DNA of 55,660 nucleotides from Planctomycetota bacterium (GTDB taxonomy: Bacteria; Planctomycetota; B15-G4; JADJEK01), in NCBI GenBank assembly GCA_044225365.1, contig JBGAIQ010000038.1, forward strand, positions 1-55,660, written 5' to 3'. This document shows, one piece after another, positions 1 to 10,598 of the stretch (position 1 is its first letter; each line of letters opens with the position of its first letter). A model generated the notes under the pieces. That model was not told the origin of the DNA and ran no database searches. It saw nothing but the letters and a program-made list of their open reading frames with translations. A program made the position numbers and the translations under genes.

Positions 1-1123
1 AGTCGACCCGAACGCCAGGCCCCGCGGGCCACGAGATCGCGGCGAGTCGACCCGTCGACGGCAAGAAGCCTCCGGCAGGATCTTCAGCGTTGATGCGGCA
101 CGCGATCGCATGACCGCGCGACGAAACGTCGGCTTGGGCGATGCCAAGCCTTTCGCCGGCCGCGACTCGCAATTGAGCCGCCACGAGATCGATCCCAGTG
201 ATCGACTCGGTCACCGGATGTTCGACCTGGATGCGGGTGTTCATCTCGAGGAAATAGAATTCGCCCGTCTTCGTCAGCAGGAATTCGATCGTCCCGGCGC
301 CGACGTAGCCACAGGCGCGCGCCGCGCGAACCGCGGCCTGCCCCATCGCCGCGCGAGTCCCTGCGTCGAGCCGCGGCGATGGCGACTCCTCGATCAACTT
401 CTGGTACCGCCGTTGGACCGAACACTCACGCTCCAACACGTGGATGCATTCACCGTGCGAATCGGCGAGCACCTGGATCTCGACGTGATGAGCGGACGGA
501 AGGAATCGCTCGAGGAACACGCGGCCGTCGCCGAACGCCTTCTCCGCTTCACGCCTCGCGCCTTCCAGCGCCGCATCGAGGTCCTTCTCCGTCGCGACGA
601 TTCGCATGCCGCGCCCGCCGCCGCCTGCAGCGGCTTTCACGAGCAACGGAAAGCCGATCCGGATCGCCTCGCGCCGGAGCGCGTTCGCGTCCTCGTTGCC
701 CGTCCCCTGGAAACCGGGAACGACGGGCACACCCGCTTGCTCCATTGCGCGCCGGGCGGCCGTCTTGTCGCCCATGAGTCGCATCGCGTTGCCGGAAGGC
801 CCCACGAAGATCAATCCGGCAGCGGCGACCGCATCGGCGAACGCGCCGTTCTGCGAGAGGAATCCGTACCCGGGATGGATCGCGTCGCACTCGTACTCGC
901 GAGCGACCGCGATGATGTGATCGCCGCGGAGGTAACTCTCCGACGCCTTCGCCGGCCCGATCACGACCGAGCGATCGGCGACTCGAGTGTGCAGGGCGAA
1001 GCGATCCGCCTCGCTCGCGACCGCCACGGTCTCGATTCCGAGTTCCGCAGCACAGCGCGCCACGCGTACGGCGATCTCGCCGCGGTTCGCGATCAGGAGT
1101 CTTCGAATGGAACGAGCTTGCAT
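1..1123 (-). CDS. Biotin carboxylase subunit of acyl-CoA carboxylase (probably 3-methylcrotonyl-CoA carboxylase alpha); runs off the left edge
   Basis: Manual translation from the ATG at 1123 gives MQARSIRRLLIANRGEIAVRV, then AIHPGYGFLSQN, KAAAGGGGRGMR, RECSVQRRYQKLIEESP and FLEMNTRIQVEHPVTE. It is absent from the ORF track because there is no stop in the window. It lies 12 bp downstream of the carboxyltransferase. Confidence 0.93.
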   Translation of the reverse strand, partial: MQARSIRRLLIANRGEIAVRVARCAAELGIETVAVASEADRFALHTRVADRSVVIGPAKASESYLRGDHIIAVAREYECDAIHPGYGFLSQNGAFADAVAAAGLIFVGPSGNAMRLMGDKTAARRAMEQAGVPVVPGFQGTGNEDANALRREAIRIGFPLLVKAAAGGGGRGMRIVATEKDLDAALEGARREAEKAFGDGRVFLERFLPSAHHVEIQVLADSHGECIHVLERECSVQRRYQKLIEESPSPRLDAGTRAAMGQAAVRAARACGYVGAGTIEFLLTKTGEFYFLEMNTRIQVEHPVTESITGIDLVAAQLRVAAGERLGIAQADVSSRGHAIACRINAEDPAGGFLPSTGRLAAISWPAGPGVRVD

Positions 1124-1134
1124 GGCGACTCCGC

Positions 1135-2745
1135 TCACATCCGGAAGACGCCGAAGCGGCCGGGTTCGACAGGGGCGTTCAACGCCGCCGACAACGCGAG
1201 GGACAGCGCGCGTCGGGTCTCGGGCGGATCGAGGATCCCGTCGTCCCAAAGTCGCGCGGTGGAGTAGTACGGCGAACCCTCCGTGTCGTAACGCTCGAGG
1301 ATCGGGCGCCTGAACTCATCGGCTTCCGCCGGAGTCATCAACGTCTCCTTGCGCCGCGCGCGCTGATCCTGCTGGACCGTGAGCAGCACGTTCGCTGCTT
1401 GCTCGCCGCCCATGACGCTGATTCGCGAATTCGGCCACATGAACAGGAACCGCGGCGAGTACGCCCGACCACACATCCCGTAGTTCCCGGCGCCGAAGCT
1501 GCCGCCGAGGATCAGCGTGACCTTGGGAACGCGCGCATTCGCCACGGCGTGGACCATCTTCGCACCGTCCTTCGCGATCCCGCCGCGCTCGTATTGCTTG
1601 CCGACCATGAACCCGGTGATGTTCTGGAGGAAGAGCAACGGGATGCGACGCTGCGTGCACAGCTCGATGAAATGCGCGGCCTTCAACGCCGACTCGGAGA
1701 ACAACACGCCGTTGTTCGCGATGATGCCGACGGGAATGCCTTCGAGGTGAGAGAAGCCCGTGACCAGCGTCGTCGCATAGTTCGCCTTGAACTCGCGGAA
1801 GCGACTGCCGTCGACGACTCGTGCGATCACCTCTCTCACGTCGTAGGTCTCGCGAAACGTCTTCGGGATGATCCCGTAGAGTTCCTGCGGGTCGTAGGCC
1901 GGCGGCTCCGGTGTCGCGAGATCGAGATCGACGATCTTCTTCGTGTTCAACGACGCGACGATGCCGCGCGCGAGTTCGAGCGCTTCCTCGTCGTCGTGGG
2001 CATAGTGATCCGCGACTCCGGATTGCCGAGTGTGGACCTCGGCGCCACCGAGTTCTTCCGCCGTGACTTCTTCTCCCGTCGCGGCTTTCACCAGCGGAGG
2101 TCCGCCGAGGAAGATCGAGCCCGTGCCCTTCACGATGATCGCTTCGTCGCTCATCGCAGGGACGTACGCTCCGCCCGCGGTGCACAGACCCATCACCACC
2201 GCGATCTGCGGAATGCGCTCGGCGCTCATTCGCGCCTGGTTGTAGAAGATCCGCCCGAAGTGCTCGCGATCGGGGAACACGTCGGCCTGCAATGGCAGGA
2301 ACGCGCCGCCGGAATCGACCAGGTACACGCAAGGCAGGCGGTTCTCGAGTGCAACCTCCTGTGCGCGCAAGTGCTTCTTCACGGTGAGGGGATAGTACGT
2401 ACCCCCCTTCACCGTGGCATCGTTGGCGACGATCAGGCACTCCCGCCCGCTGACCCGACCGACTCCGGTCACGACGCCCGCGGCCGGCGCTTCGTCGTCG
2501 TAGAGCCCATTCGCCGCGAGCGGCGACAACTCGAGGAACGCCGATCCGGGATCGAGGAGCTTGTCGATGCGATCCCGCACGAACATCTTGCCCTGTTCGC
2601 GATGCCGCTGCTGCGCCTTCTCGCCGCCGCCCTTGCGAGCGGTAGCGAGCTTCTCCTTCAACTCCGCAGCGAGCCGTCGATTCCAGTCCGCATTCGCGCG
2701 GAATCGATCATCGTCGGTGCGGATCTGGCTCTCGATTCGTTCCAT
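1135..2745 (-). CDS. 3-methylcrotonyl-CoA carboxylase beta subunit (carboxyltransferase, LiuB/MccB-like)
   Basis: Motifs [71 protein letters not shown] and C-terminal FGVFRM. Start moved to ATG 2745 (MERIESQ) because the upstream ORF extension runs through REP repeats. Confidence 0.93.
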   Translation of the reverse strand: MERIESQIRTDDDRFRANADWNRRLAAELKEKLATARKGGGEKAQQRHREQGKMFVRDRIDKLLDPGSAFLELSPLAANGLYDDEAPAAGVVTGVGRVSGRECLIVANDATVKGGTYYPLTVKKHLRAQEVALENRLPCVYLVDSGGAFLPLQADVFPDREHFGRIFYNQARMSAERIPQIAVVMGLCTAGGAYVPAMSDEAIIVKGTGSIFLGGPPLVKAATGEEVTAEELGGAEVHTRQSGVADHYAHDDEEALELARGIVASLNTKKIVDLDLATPEPPAYDPQELYGIIPKTFRETYDVREVIARVVDGSRFREFKANYATTLVTGFSHLEGIPVGIIANNGVLFSESALKAAHFIELCTQRRIPLLFLQNITGFMVGKQYERGGIAKDGAKMVHAVANARVPKVTLILGGSFGAGNYGMCGRAYSPRFLFMWPNSRISVMGGEQAANVLLTVQQDQRARRKETLMTPAEADEFRRPILERYDTEGSPYYSTARLWDDGILDPPETRRALSLALSAALNAPVEPGRFGVFRM

Positions 2746-2808
2746 GCGTTCCGTCGCTGGCCTCGTGAGTGGGGAAGGGGCGAACTCTACACGAGTGCTC
2801 GGAACTTT

Positions 2809-3375
2809 GTAGGGACGCACCGACGGTGCGGCCGATTCGCCTGAACTCCGTTCGCTTCCGCGAGAAGAGCTCGAAGGATACGGCGTATGACGATTTCGGA
2901 ACTTCGCGCGGCGTAGAGGCGGGCGCACCGCCGTGCGCATTCGTAGGGGTCGACGGCTGTCGACCCGTCGCTGCGTCGCAGGTCCGCGAAGCATCGGGCG
3001 CACAGCCGTGCGCCCTACGGATCATCGGGCGAACCGCCGTGCGCATTCGTGGGGGTCGACGGCTGTCGACCCGTCTTTGCCCAGTGAATCCGCGCCCGAC
3101 TCTCGCGTCCGGTATCGAGGTAGAAGGAGAGCCTTGGCGACCGAGGCGTCCGCGCCACGAGAGCCGATGCGAGTCGGTGGCGTTTCAACCCCGATTCGCC
3201 GAATCGTGCATCCCCAATCCCTGGAGACGGGAAGCGCGAACGGAGCTCCCTGAGCGCACACCCCGCCGAGTCCTACACGAAGCGGTTCGGCACGAAGTCC
3301 CGGCGTGGCCACGCGAGCGTCAAGGACATGGATTGCAGTGCACACCGAACCGGACGCACAGCCGTGCGCCCCTAC
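2809..3375. repeat. Cluster of GTAG-type REP palindromes (BIME-like)
   Basis: Copies are GTAG-GGGTCGAC-GGCT-GTCGACCC (2943-2966), its variant at 3049-3072, and inverted copies GGGCGCAC-AGCC-GTGCGCCC-TAC (2996-3018) and GGACGCAC-AGCC-GTGCGCCC-CTAC (3352-3375). A degenerate copy lies at 2809-2833. Segments 2921-2969 and 3027-3075 form a 49-bp direct repeat with 2 mismatches. Confidence 0.85.
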
Positions 3376-6300
3376 GGGGTGGTCAGCGAGAGGGTCCAGT
3401 TCGAGAGGACGCCGAGATTCGCGCCCACGAGGTCCTGGACCGTCAGCTTCCAATCGCCCTGGATCGACTTTCCCACGAAGGCGGAGAGCGGCTGGGCGGA
3501 CGCCGTCAGGTCCGGATACTCAGTGTCGATGTCATCGGTCGCGCCGCCCGACTTGTTGTGGAGCGTGACGGCCGTTCCGTCGGGCGCGGTGAGCTTCACG
3601 ACGAGGTCGCCGATGTGTGGATGCAGGATCTTCACGCGCACTCGCGCCGTCGCGACCGTTCCGAGCTGCGCGAAGTTCAGCTTGCTCGTGACCCCAATCG
3701 CACTGTTGTCGGGGATGTCGAGACCGACGGTCGCCGACTTCTCGCCGTTGAACGTGATCGCCCAGTCGTCGAGCGTTCCGATGTCGCCGGCGGCGAGATC
3801 CTTCACCCGCAGACTCCACTTGCCCTTGGTCGAATGCCCGACGAAGGCCGTGAGCGGGAGGACCGAGGGCGTCGCGATCGAGTACGTCGTCTTCACGTCG
3901 TCCGCGGCGCCGCCCGTCTGGTCGTGGAGCGGAACGCTCGTGCCGTCGGGGCCGATCAGAGTGACGTTGAGGTCGCCCTTATAAGCGTGCGTGATCGAGG
4001 GAGTCACGGCGATCGACGCGATCTTGATGTCGTCCGCCACGTCGATCTTGCTCGTGACGCCGGTGGCGTCGTCGTCGGGAATCGCGACGTGTGGCGCCGC
4101 GGAGTACGTACGCACCGCGTTCGGCGCGATGACGGGCACGATCGAGAGATCGACCGTCGTTGCGTGGGACACGGCGCCGCTCGTCCCCGTGAGCGTGATC
4201 GTATGCGGCCCAAGCGGAGCGGTGGAGCTCGCCGAAACCGTCAGCGTCGCCGTACCGCCGGCGGCCACACTCGCGGTGTTCCACGAATACGTGACGCCGG
4301 AGATCGTCGGCGATGCCGCCAAGCTCACCGATCCCGCGAAACCGTAGAGCGCACCGGCGCTCACCGCGAAGGTCGTACTGCCCCCGACCGTCACCGATTC
4401 CGCGGCGGGCGAAGCAACGATGGAGAAATCCGGATGCAGCGCGCCGCTCGTGCCGTTGTAGACGAAGAGTGCGAAGTCCTGGTCCGTGAGGTCGGTGTTG
4501 CCCGGCACTCCGTCGCCCGCGAGATTCGCCGCGCGAACGCTGATCGAGAATGGGCCCGTCGTGCCGATCGGGAGGAAGACGCTTTCGACGTTGTTCCGAG
4601 CGTCGGCCGTACCTCCGCTCTTGCTGAACTCCGTCGCGAACACATTGCCGCGGTACGTCGTCCCGTTCACGGTGACGCGCAGATCGAGATTGTTGACGTA
4701 GGCATTTCCCGTCGTCGGCCCTGGCGCGTCGGTCCACGCCAGCGTGACGCGGAACGGCTGCGCCGAGTCCGCGATCGTTCCGTCGAGCGCATAGACCTCC
4801 CCTGTCGCGCCGAGGATCTTGCTCTCGTCGACCGCGATGCGGGGGACGTCGTCGAACGCGCGGGAGAGATCGATGCGACCCATTCCCTGCGAGTTCGACC
4901 ACAACTTGTCGTTCGCCAGATTGCCGCTGAGGTAGCGGACGCCATTCATCAGAATCGCCTTCACGAGGGCGGGGCTCGGCGGTGGATTGCCGCGAATCGA
5001 CGACCACTGCCGTAGAAGCGCCGCGGCGCCCGCGGCGCCCGGCGTCGAGTGACTCGTACCCGACGACCACGCATAGAGTTGTTGTCCGACCGGCCAGTAC
5101 TTGTCGCAGACGCCCGTCCCGTCGTACCCCGCCGCCTGCGACGCCGCGCCCTGGATGTGCGATCCGGGCGCGACGAGATCGGGCTTCTTGCGTCCGTCGC
5201 CGGTGGGACCGTGCGAACTGAACGTCGTCATGTCGAGCGCGTTGTCGGCACCGCTGTTCGGCGTGCCGCAACCGTCGCTCCCCGTCGGGCGATAGTTCTC
5301 AGACGCACCGACGGTGATGACGTTCTTCGCCGTCGCGGGCGCGTGGACCGTCGATGCGCCGGGACCGTCGTTGCCGGCGGCGAACAAGATCGTGATCTCC
5401 TGGTTGCCCGCGGCCGAAGGATCGGCATCGCGCACGACGGCGTCATGCGCCTGCGAATCCGCGTCGTAGTCGGTTCCCGCGGTCGCCCCCCATGAGTTGT
5501 TGGAGATGCGGGCGCCGGCCTTGTACGCCTTCTGAAGACGCTTCGTAGTCGGCTCGAGGAAGCCGCCTGCGCCCGTGTTGCTGAACACCTTGCTGTTGCC
5601 GAGTTTCACCCACGGTGCGATCCCGAGTCCGTAGTTGTAGCCGAGCGAATCCTCGAACGCGGATCCGATCGCCGTGTTCCAACCGCCGATGATCGAAGCG
5701 TTGATGTTGCCGTGCCCGGCCTTGCCATCGGCGAGCGCATCCGCCGTGTAGTTGAAGGCGTAGGCGAGACGACTCGCTCCGGTTCCCTGGCCGCTCACCT
5801 TGAACTCGAGGTTCGAGGGCGTGGTCGTGCCCTTGTCGATACCGTCGTCCGTGACATCGACGACGAACGGGAACGGATTGCCGGCGGCGCCGGGAAAGCC
5901 CTTGCTCGTGAGCCACGCGAGATAGTTCGGGCCCGCAGGCTGCGTTCCCGCACCGTTCACGTTCCCCACTTCGATCTGCCCCTGCCGCTCGTCGCGCAGG
6001 AGGCGACGCGTCGGCGTCTCCTCGATCGCGAAGACGTGAGGGTCGCGCGCGAGTTCGATCAGGGTTTGCGAGTCGACTCGCAGGCCGATGTCGAGGTACG
6101 AGAGAACGGCGCACGGCGGAGCAATCATCTCGACAGTTGCCGCACTTCGACGCTGCAGCGCTGCAATGAAGTCCGCGCTCTCTCCATCGGCGATCACCTG
6201 CACCGTCACGTCGTGGAGTTGCGTCTCGAAGAGTCGCGGCGGACGCAGGCTCGGACGCAACTTGAGCGCCGGCGCGAAAGGCACCACGCGCAGCACGAAC

Positions 6301-6899
6301 GGCTCGCTCGCGAGCCGTTCGACCGCGGCGTTGGCGATCGGATCGCACTTCACGACGTAGGCGTTGCTCTGCAGCGTCGTGACGACGAACGCACCGGCGC
6401 CGCGAATCGCGGCGAGCCATTCGTCCTTCACGGGTCCTTGGAACTGGACGACGAGGAGTCGACTGCCCGCATCGGAGGGCGGAGTCGGATCGCTAACAAG
6501 CGCGGGGTCGATCGAATCGAAGGCTCGACGAATCGATTCGACGTCACTCCCGTCCCACGCGTAGCCATTCACCTCGACGAGGCAGAAGTCATCGCGCACG
6601 ACGTGATCGTCGCCCGACAGGGCGCGGATCGCTTCGGGCCCGCCGAGAGCCGTTTCGTCGACGACGAAGAGCGAGAACGAACCGTAGTCCGCGACGAACC
6701 GGGCCGCACCGAGCGCAGCGATCGAGGCGATGCGCGGATCCTGTGGTTCGAGCAGGACTCGGTGGCGACCGCTCGCCGAGACTAACTCCTCGTCGGACGC
6801 TCGTCGCGAAGGCGTAATTTCCTGTGCAGCTGCGAGGGTCGATGCGGCGAGGACGAGGAGCGCCGCGACCCAGGGCCGGGCGTGAATTCGAGGAAGCAT
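3372..6899 (-). CDS. Secreted S8 (subtilisin-like) serine peptidase with Ig-like linker and two C-terminal proprotein-convertase P domains
   Basis: Signal peptide (ending LAAAQ). Catalytic residues in DVTDDG, GHG and SGTSHS, oxyanion AAGND, and GRKKPDLVAPG. Two repeats of H.(Y/H).GDL.V.L..PDGT.V.L...G.W.L.V.D. Confidence 0.92.
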   Translation of the reverse strand: MLPRIHARPWVAALLVLAASTLAAAQEITPSRRASDEELVSASGRHRVLLEPQDPRIASIAALGAARFVADYGSFSLFVVDETALGGPEAIRALSGDDHVVRDDFCLVEVNGYAWDGSDVESIRRAFDSIDPALVSDPTPPSDAGSRLLVVQFQGPVKDEWLAAIRGAGAFVVTTLQSNAYVVKCDPIANAAVERLASEPFVLRVVPFAPALKLRPSLRPPRLFETQLHDVTVQVIADGESADFIAALQRRSAATVEMIAPPCAVLSYLDIGLRVDSQTLIELARDPHVFAIEETPTRRLLRDERQGQIEVGNVNGAGTQPAGPNYLAWLTSKGFPGAAGNPFPFVVDVTDDGIDKGTTTPSNLEFKVSGQGTGASRLAYAFNYTADALADGKAGHGNINASIIGGWNTAIGSAFEDSLGYNYGLGIAPWVKLGNSKVFSNTGAGGFLEPTTKRLQKAYKAGARISNNSWGATAGTDYDADSQAHDAVVRDADPSAAGNQEITILFAAGNDGPGASTVHAPATAKNVITVGASENYRPTGSDGCGTPNSGADNALDMTTFSSHGPTGDGRKKPDLVAPGSHIQGAASQAAGYDGTGVCDKYWPVGQQLYAWSSGTSHSTPGAAGAAALLRQWSSIRGNPPPSPALVKAILMNGVRYLSGNLANDKLWSNSQGMGRIDLSRAFDDVPRIAVDESKILGATGEVYALDGTIADSAQPFRVTLAWTDAPGPTTGNAYVNNLDLRVTVNGTTYRGNVFATEFSKSGGTADARNNVESVFLPIGTTGPFSISVRAANLAGDGVPGNTDLTDQDFALFVYNGTSGALHPDFSIVASPAAESVTVGGSTTFAVSAGALYGFAGSVSLAASPTISGVTYSWNTASVAAGGTATLTVSASSTAPLGPHTITLTGTSGAVSHATTVDLSIVPVIAPNAVRTYSAAPHVAIPDDDATGVTSKIDVADDIKIASIAVTPSITHAYKGDLNVTLIGPDGTSVPLHDQTGGAADDVKTTYSIATPSVLPLTAFVGHSTKGKWSLRVKDLAAGDIGTLDDWAITFNGEKSATVGLDIPDNSAIGVTSKLNFAQLGTVATARVRVKILHPHIGDLVVKLTAPDGTAVTLHNKSGGATDDIDTEYPDLTASAQPLSAFVGKSIQGDWKLTVQDLVGANLGVLSNWTLSLTTP

Positions 6900-7214
6900 G
6901 CGTGGATCTCGATGGGCCTACGGATTCCCGCGCGCTTCGAGGATCGACGTCGATCGACGCGGAGCGCACGACGAGCCCACGACGCAGCCGCCCCGATCGA
7001 GTGACGGAAGTTCCCACACGTTGAACGCCGGTTTCCATCGAGCGAGATCGATCTCCCGGCGTTCTTCGCATTCCCTCGGCCTCTTCGAGCGAGTGGAGGA
7101 ATTCTCGAAGGTCGGGAGGAAGCGTGCGAAGAAGCGCGCGCTCGCGTCCGATCCGCACGCGCCGGATCCACCCTTGCCCGCGAGCCGCTCGCACGACCCC
7201 GTGACGATCTCAGT

Positions 7215-7940
7215 TCATTGCGACGCGGGCACGGAGACGAGCCGGTCCTCTTCCGCGATCCACGCCGTGAGAAAGCCGCCGTACACGCAGCCCGTGTCGA
7301 GCCCGCGCGCTCGATCCCGAACGACGAGCCCCTGTCGAGCGAAATGCCCGAACACGACGGTTCGCGAATCGCGATACAGATCGAGCCAATTCACGAAGGG
7401 ATCGCCGGGCGGAGGCCAGTCGTCCTCCGCCTGAATGCCGTCGCGCGTCGTGAAGCGCGCGCTGAGCGCGAACTTGACGTCCGCATCCTCGAACGGGGAT
7501 CGATTCGCCTTCCATGCCGCGTCGAATCGCTCGCGCAACATCGCCGGAACGGCGGTGAGATCGGCCCAATGCTGCACAGGGCGCACTGCCGCGTGGATGA
7601 GGAAGATGTCGGCAAAGGCGATTGCGAGTGGTCGAGCCTTCAGCCAGGCGAGGAGTTCGTCGCGGTCGGAGGCCGAGAGCACCGCGGAGAGACTGTGCCC
7701 GTCGTACTCGACGCGGCCCGCGGCGATCTCGAGGAGATGGACGTCGTGATTCCCGAGCACCGACTCCGCGCGCAGTGCTCTCGCGATGCGCAGAACACCG
7801 ACGCTGTCCGGCCCGCGATTGACGAGATCTCCGCAGAAGAAGATCCGATCCCGCGTCGGATCGAAGCGCACGCGTTCGAGAAGTCGCTCGAGCGGTTCGC
7901 GACAACCCTGGACGTCCCCGATGAAGATGCGACGAGTCAT
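7215..7940 (-). CDS. apaH: ApaH-like metallophosphoesterase (symmetrical Ap4A hydrolase)
   Basis: Motifs IGDVQGC, GDLVNRGPDS, LGNHD, VFGHF and LDTGCVYGG. Confidence 0.82.
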   Translation of the reverse strand: MTRRIFIGDVQGCREPLERLLERVRFDPTRDRIFFCGDLVNRGPDSVGVLRIARALRAESVLGNHDVHLLEIAAGRVEYDGHSLSAVLSASDRDELLAWLKARPLAIAFADIFLIHAAVRPVQHWADLTAVPAMLRERFDAAWKANRSPFEDADVKFALSARFTTRDGIQAEDDWPPPGDPFVNWLDLYRDSRTVVFGHFARQGLVVRDRARGLDTGCVYGGFLTAWIAEEDRLVSVPASQ

Positions 7941-7986
7941 GTACCCCTACCGAAGCAGCGCGAATCGTGAACCGGACCCGAATGCG

Positions 7987-8469
7987 CTACGTAGCCTTCC
8001 CGCAACATTGTTTGAACTTCTTGCCGCTCCCGCACGGACACTTGTCGTTGCGACCGACCTTCACGCCGCGATTCTCGATCTGCTGCGTCTTGCCGGCGAT
8101 GCGCTCGGCGTCCGCGACCCCGGCGGCGAGGATCGGGAATCGCTCCTCGATTCCGTCCAGCGCCGTCTCGATCTCGTACGCGTTCGGCACGAGCTCGACG
8201 TCTCGAACGTGCGCGAAGAACGCGCGCAGGATGCGGCCACCGTCCTTGCCGAGCGCGTCACCGCGGCCGAGCTTTCGCGCGGTCACCTCGATCGCGTGTT
8301 CGAGCGTTTGCTCGTCGAGCAGACGCGGCTCGGCACCGAGATCGTCGAGCGCCGATCCCACGAAGAGCAACGCGAAGCGCCGCAATTCCGCCGTGGGAAC
8401 TCCGACGCCCCGCGCCTCCCAGGAGTCGAGGAACTTCGCGACGATCCGCTCGACCTCCAGCGACGCCAT
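7987..8469 (-). CDS. SEC-C (SWIM/zinc-binding) motif protein
   Basis: C-terminal KVGRNDKCPCGSGKKFKQCCG. Starts 2 bp after the tkt stop. Confidence 0.88.
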   Translation of the reverse strand: MASLEVERIVAKFLDSWEARGVGVPTAELRRFALLFVGSALDDLGAEPRLLDEQTLEHAIEVTARKLGRGDALGKDGGRILRAFFAHVRDVELVPNAYEIETALDGIEERFPILAAGVADAERIAGKTQQIENRGVKVGRNDKCPCGSGKKFKQCCGKAT

Positions 8470-8470
8470 C

Positions 8471-10489
8471 TCAGGTTCGTCCGAGGCAGCGCTTCACCGT
8501 GGCGACCACGTTGTCGACCGTGAAGCCGAGCTGCTTCATATTGGTCGGACCCGGCGCCGACGCGCCGAACCGATCGAGGCCGATGATCGCGCCGCGCTCA
8601 CCGACGTAACGTTCCCAACCGAGCGTGACGCCCGCCTCGATCGCCACCCTCGCGCCGACGTTCTTCGGCAACACGTTCTCGCGATAGGCCGCGTCCTGCG
8701 CATCGAAGGCCGCGAAGCATGGCATCGAAACCACGCGCGTCGCGATCCCCGAGGATTCGAGCGTCGTCTTCGCGGCGAGCGCGAGTTCGACCTCGGACCC
8801 CGTCGCGATGAGAATTGCCTGCGGTGGACCGCCCTTCGCTTCGGAGAGCACGTAGCCGCCACGCTCCAGCATCGACGCCGCGCCGCATCCCGTGCGGTCG
8901 ATCGTCGTGAGCGCCTGCCGCGAGAGCGCGAGAAGCGTCGGACCGTTCGTCCGCTTCAACGCATGGAGCCAGGCCGCCGCCGTCTCGTTCGCATCCGCCG
9001 GCCGCACGACGTGGAGATTCGGGATGACGCGCAGCGCCATCAGGTGCTCGACGGGCTGATGCGTCGGTCCGTCTTCGCCAAGTGCGATCGAATCGTGCGT
9101 GAAGACCCAGACCACGGGCAGGTGATTGAGCGCCGAGAGGCGGATCGACGGCCGCACATAATCGGAGAACACGAAGAACGTCGCGACGAAGGGTCGAACA
9201 CCGCCGTGCCAGCACATGCCGTTGGCGATCGCGCCCATCGCGTGCTCCCGCACGCCGAAGTGGATGTTGCGACCTTCGCCGGTCGTTCCGTCGAACGACT
9301 TCTCGTTCTTCAGCTTGGTGTTCGTCGACACCGACAGGTCCGCATCACCGCCGACGAGCCAGGGCAGCTTCGACGCGAGCGTGTTGAGCGCCATCCCGCC
9401 CGATTGCCGGGTCGCGAGCTTGCCGCCGGTCTCGAACTTCGGCAGCACCGACGCGATGTCGGTGGGGAGCCCTTGCGTCCAGGCTTCCTGCCATGCGGTC
9501 GCGAGATCGGGATGCGCCTTCGCGTACTCGGCGAATGCCTTCTTCCACTTCTTCGCCGTCGACTTCGCCTTGCGCGCCGCTTTCGCGAAGCGTTCGGCCG
9601 CGGGCTCGGGGACGAAGAAGGACTTCTCCGGATCCCAGCCGAGCGCGACCTTCGTGGCTGCGACTTCCTCGGGTCCGAGCGGGGAGCCGTGCGCCTCCTC
9701 CGTGCCAGCCTTCTTCGGCGATCCGAAACCGATCGTCGTCTTCACGACGATGAGCGACGGTTTGGTCGTCTCCTTCTTCGCCTTCTTGATCGCGCGATCG
9801 ATGGCGTCGAAGTCGGTGTTGCCGTCCTGCACGACGATCACCTGCCAGCCGTAGGCGACATAGCGCTTGGCGACGTCTTCGGTGAACGCCATCGACGTCG
9901 GTCCGTCGAGCGAGATGTGATTGCTGTCGTAGAGGCAGATCAGCTTCCCGAGTTTCAGATGCCCTGCGAGCGAACTCGCTTCGCTCGAGATGCCTTCCAT
10001 CAGGTCGCCGTCGCCGCACAGCGCATAGGTGTGGTGATCGACGATCGTGTGGCCTTCGCGATTGAAGCGATGCGCGAGCATTCGCTCCGCCATCGCCATG
10101 CCGACGGCATTCGCGATGCCCTGGCCGAGCGGGCCCGTCGTCGCCTCGACGCCCACGGTCATGAAGCTCTCGGGATGTCCCGGCGTCTTGCTGCCCCACT
10201 GCCGGAACTGCTTCAGATCGTCCATCGTGAGCGGGTAGCCGTAGAGATGGAGCAGGCTGTAGAGCAGCATGCTGCCGTGACCCGCCGAGAGCACGAAGCG
10301 ATCGCGGTCCTGAAACTTCGGATCGGCCCCACTCGCCTTCAGGTGGCGCTGCCACAAGACGTAGGCCATCGGCGCCGCGCCGAGCGGAAGCCCGGGATGC
10401 CCGGAGTTCGCCTTCTGCACGCCGTCGATCGAGAGCGTGCGGATCGTGTTGACGCAGAGCAGATCGACGGAGTCTTCGTTCATCGCCAT
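8471..10489 (-). CDS. tkt: Transketolase
   Basis: Motifs [37 protein letters not shown] and [16 protein letters not shown]. Start at ATG 10489 or 10483. Confidence 0.97.
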   Translation of the reverse strand: MAMNEDSVDLLCVNTIRTLSIDGVQKANSGHPGLPLGAAPMAYVLWQRHLKASGADPKFQDRDRFVLSAGHGSMLLYSLLHLYGYPLTMDDLKQFRQWGSKTPGHPESFMTVGVEATTGPLGQGIANAVGMAMAERMLAHRFNREGHTIVDHHTYALCGDGDLMEGISSEASSLAGHLKLGKLICLYDSNHISLDGPTSMAFTEDVAKRYVAYGWQVIVVQDGNTDFDAIDRAIKKAKKETTKPSLIVVKTTIGFGSPKKAGTEEAHGSPLGPEEVAATKVALGWDPEKSFFVPEPAAERFAKAARKAKSTAKKWKKAFAEYAKAHPDLATAWQEAWTQGLPTDIASVLPKFETGGKLATRQSGGMALNTLASKLPWLVGGDADLSVSTNTKLKNEKSFDGTTGEGRNIHFGVREHAMGAIANGMCWHGGVRPFVATFFVFSDYVRPSIRLSALNHLPVVWVFTHDSIALGEDGPTHQPVEHLMALRVIPNLHVVRPADANETAAAWLHALKRTNGPTLLALSRQALTTIDRTGCGAASMLERGGYVLSEAKGGPPQAILIATGSEVELALAAKTTLESSGIATRVVSMPCFAAFDAQDAAYRENVLPKNVGARVAIEAGVTLGWERYVGERGAIIGLDRFGASAPGPTNMKQLGFTVDNVVATVKRCLGRT

Positions 10490-10598
10490 GGAGATTCCCG
10501 TTCGGGCCGAATGAAAGTACGGACGGAGCAGCCCCCGAGGATAGCGATGCAATCGGGCGAATCGACTTTCGTCGCAGCAACGGTTAGCTTGGAAGTGA

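Noticed and set aside
110-1267. 385-aa plus-strand ORF
   Set aside because: Antisense shadow of the biotin carboxylase, whose motifs are clear on the minus strand.
2921-3075. Direct repeats as a possible CRISPR array
   Set aside because: Only two 49-bp copies, the spacer itself contains a REP, orientations are mixed, and there are no cas genes.
3076-3351. Possible RAYT remnant between REPs
   Set aside because: No HUH or RAYT-like motif in the translations available.
2769-5015. 748-aa plus-strand ORF across the REP cluster
   Set aside because: Arg-rich with no motifs; antisense to the S8 peptidase and runs through repeats.
6589-7194. 201-aa minus-strand ORF upstream of the S8 gene
   Set aside because: Overlaps the peptidase start in another frame and has no recognisable motif.
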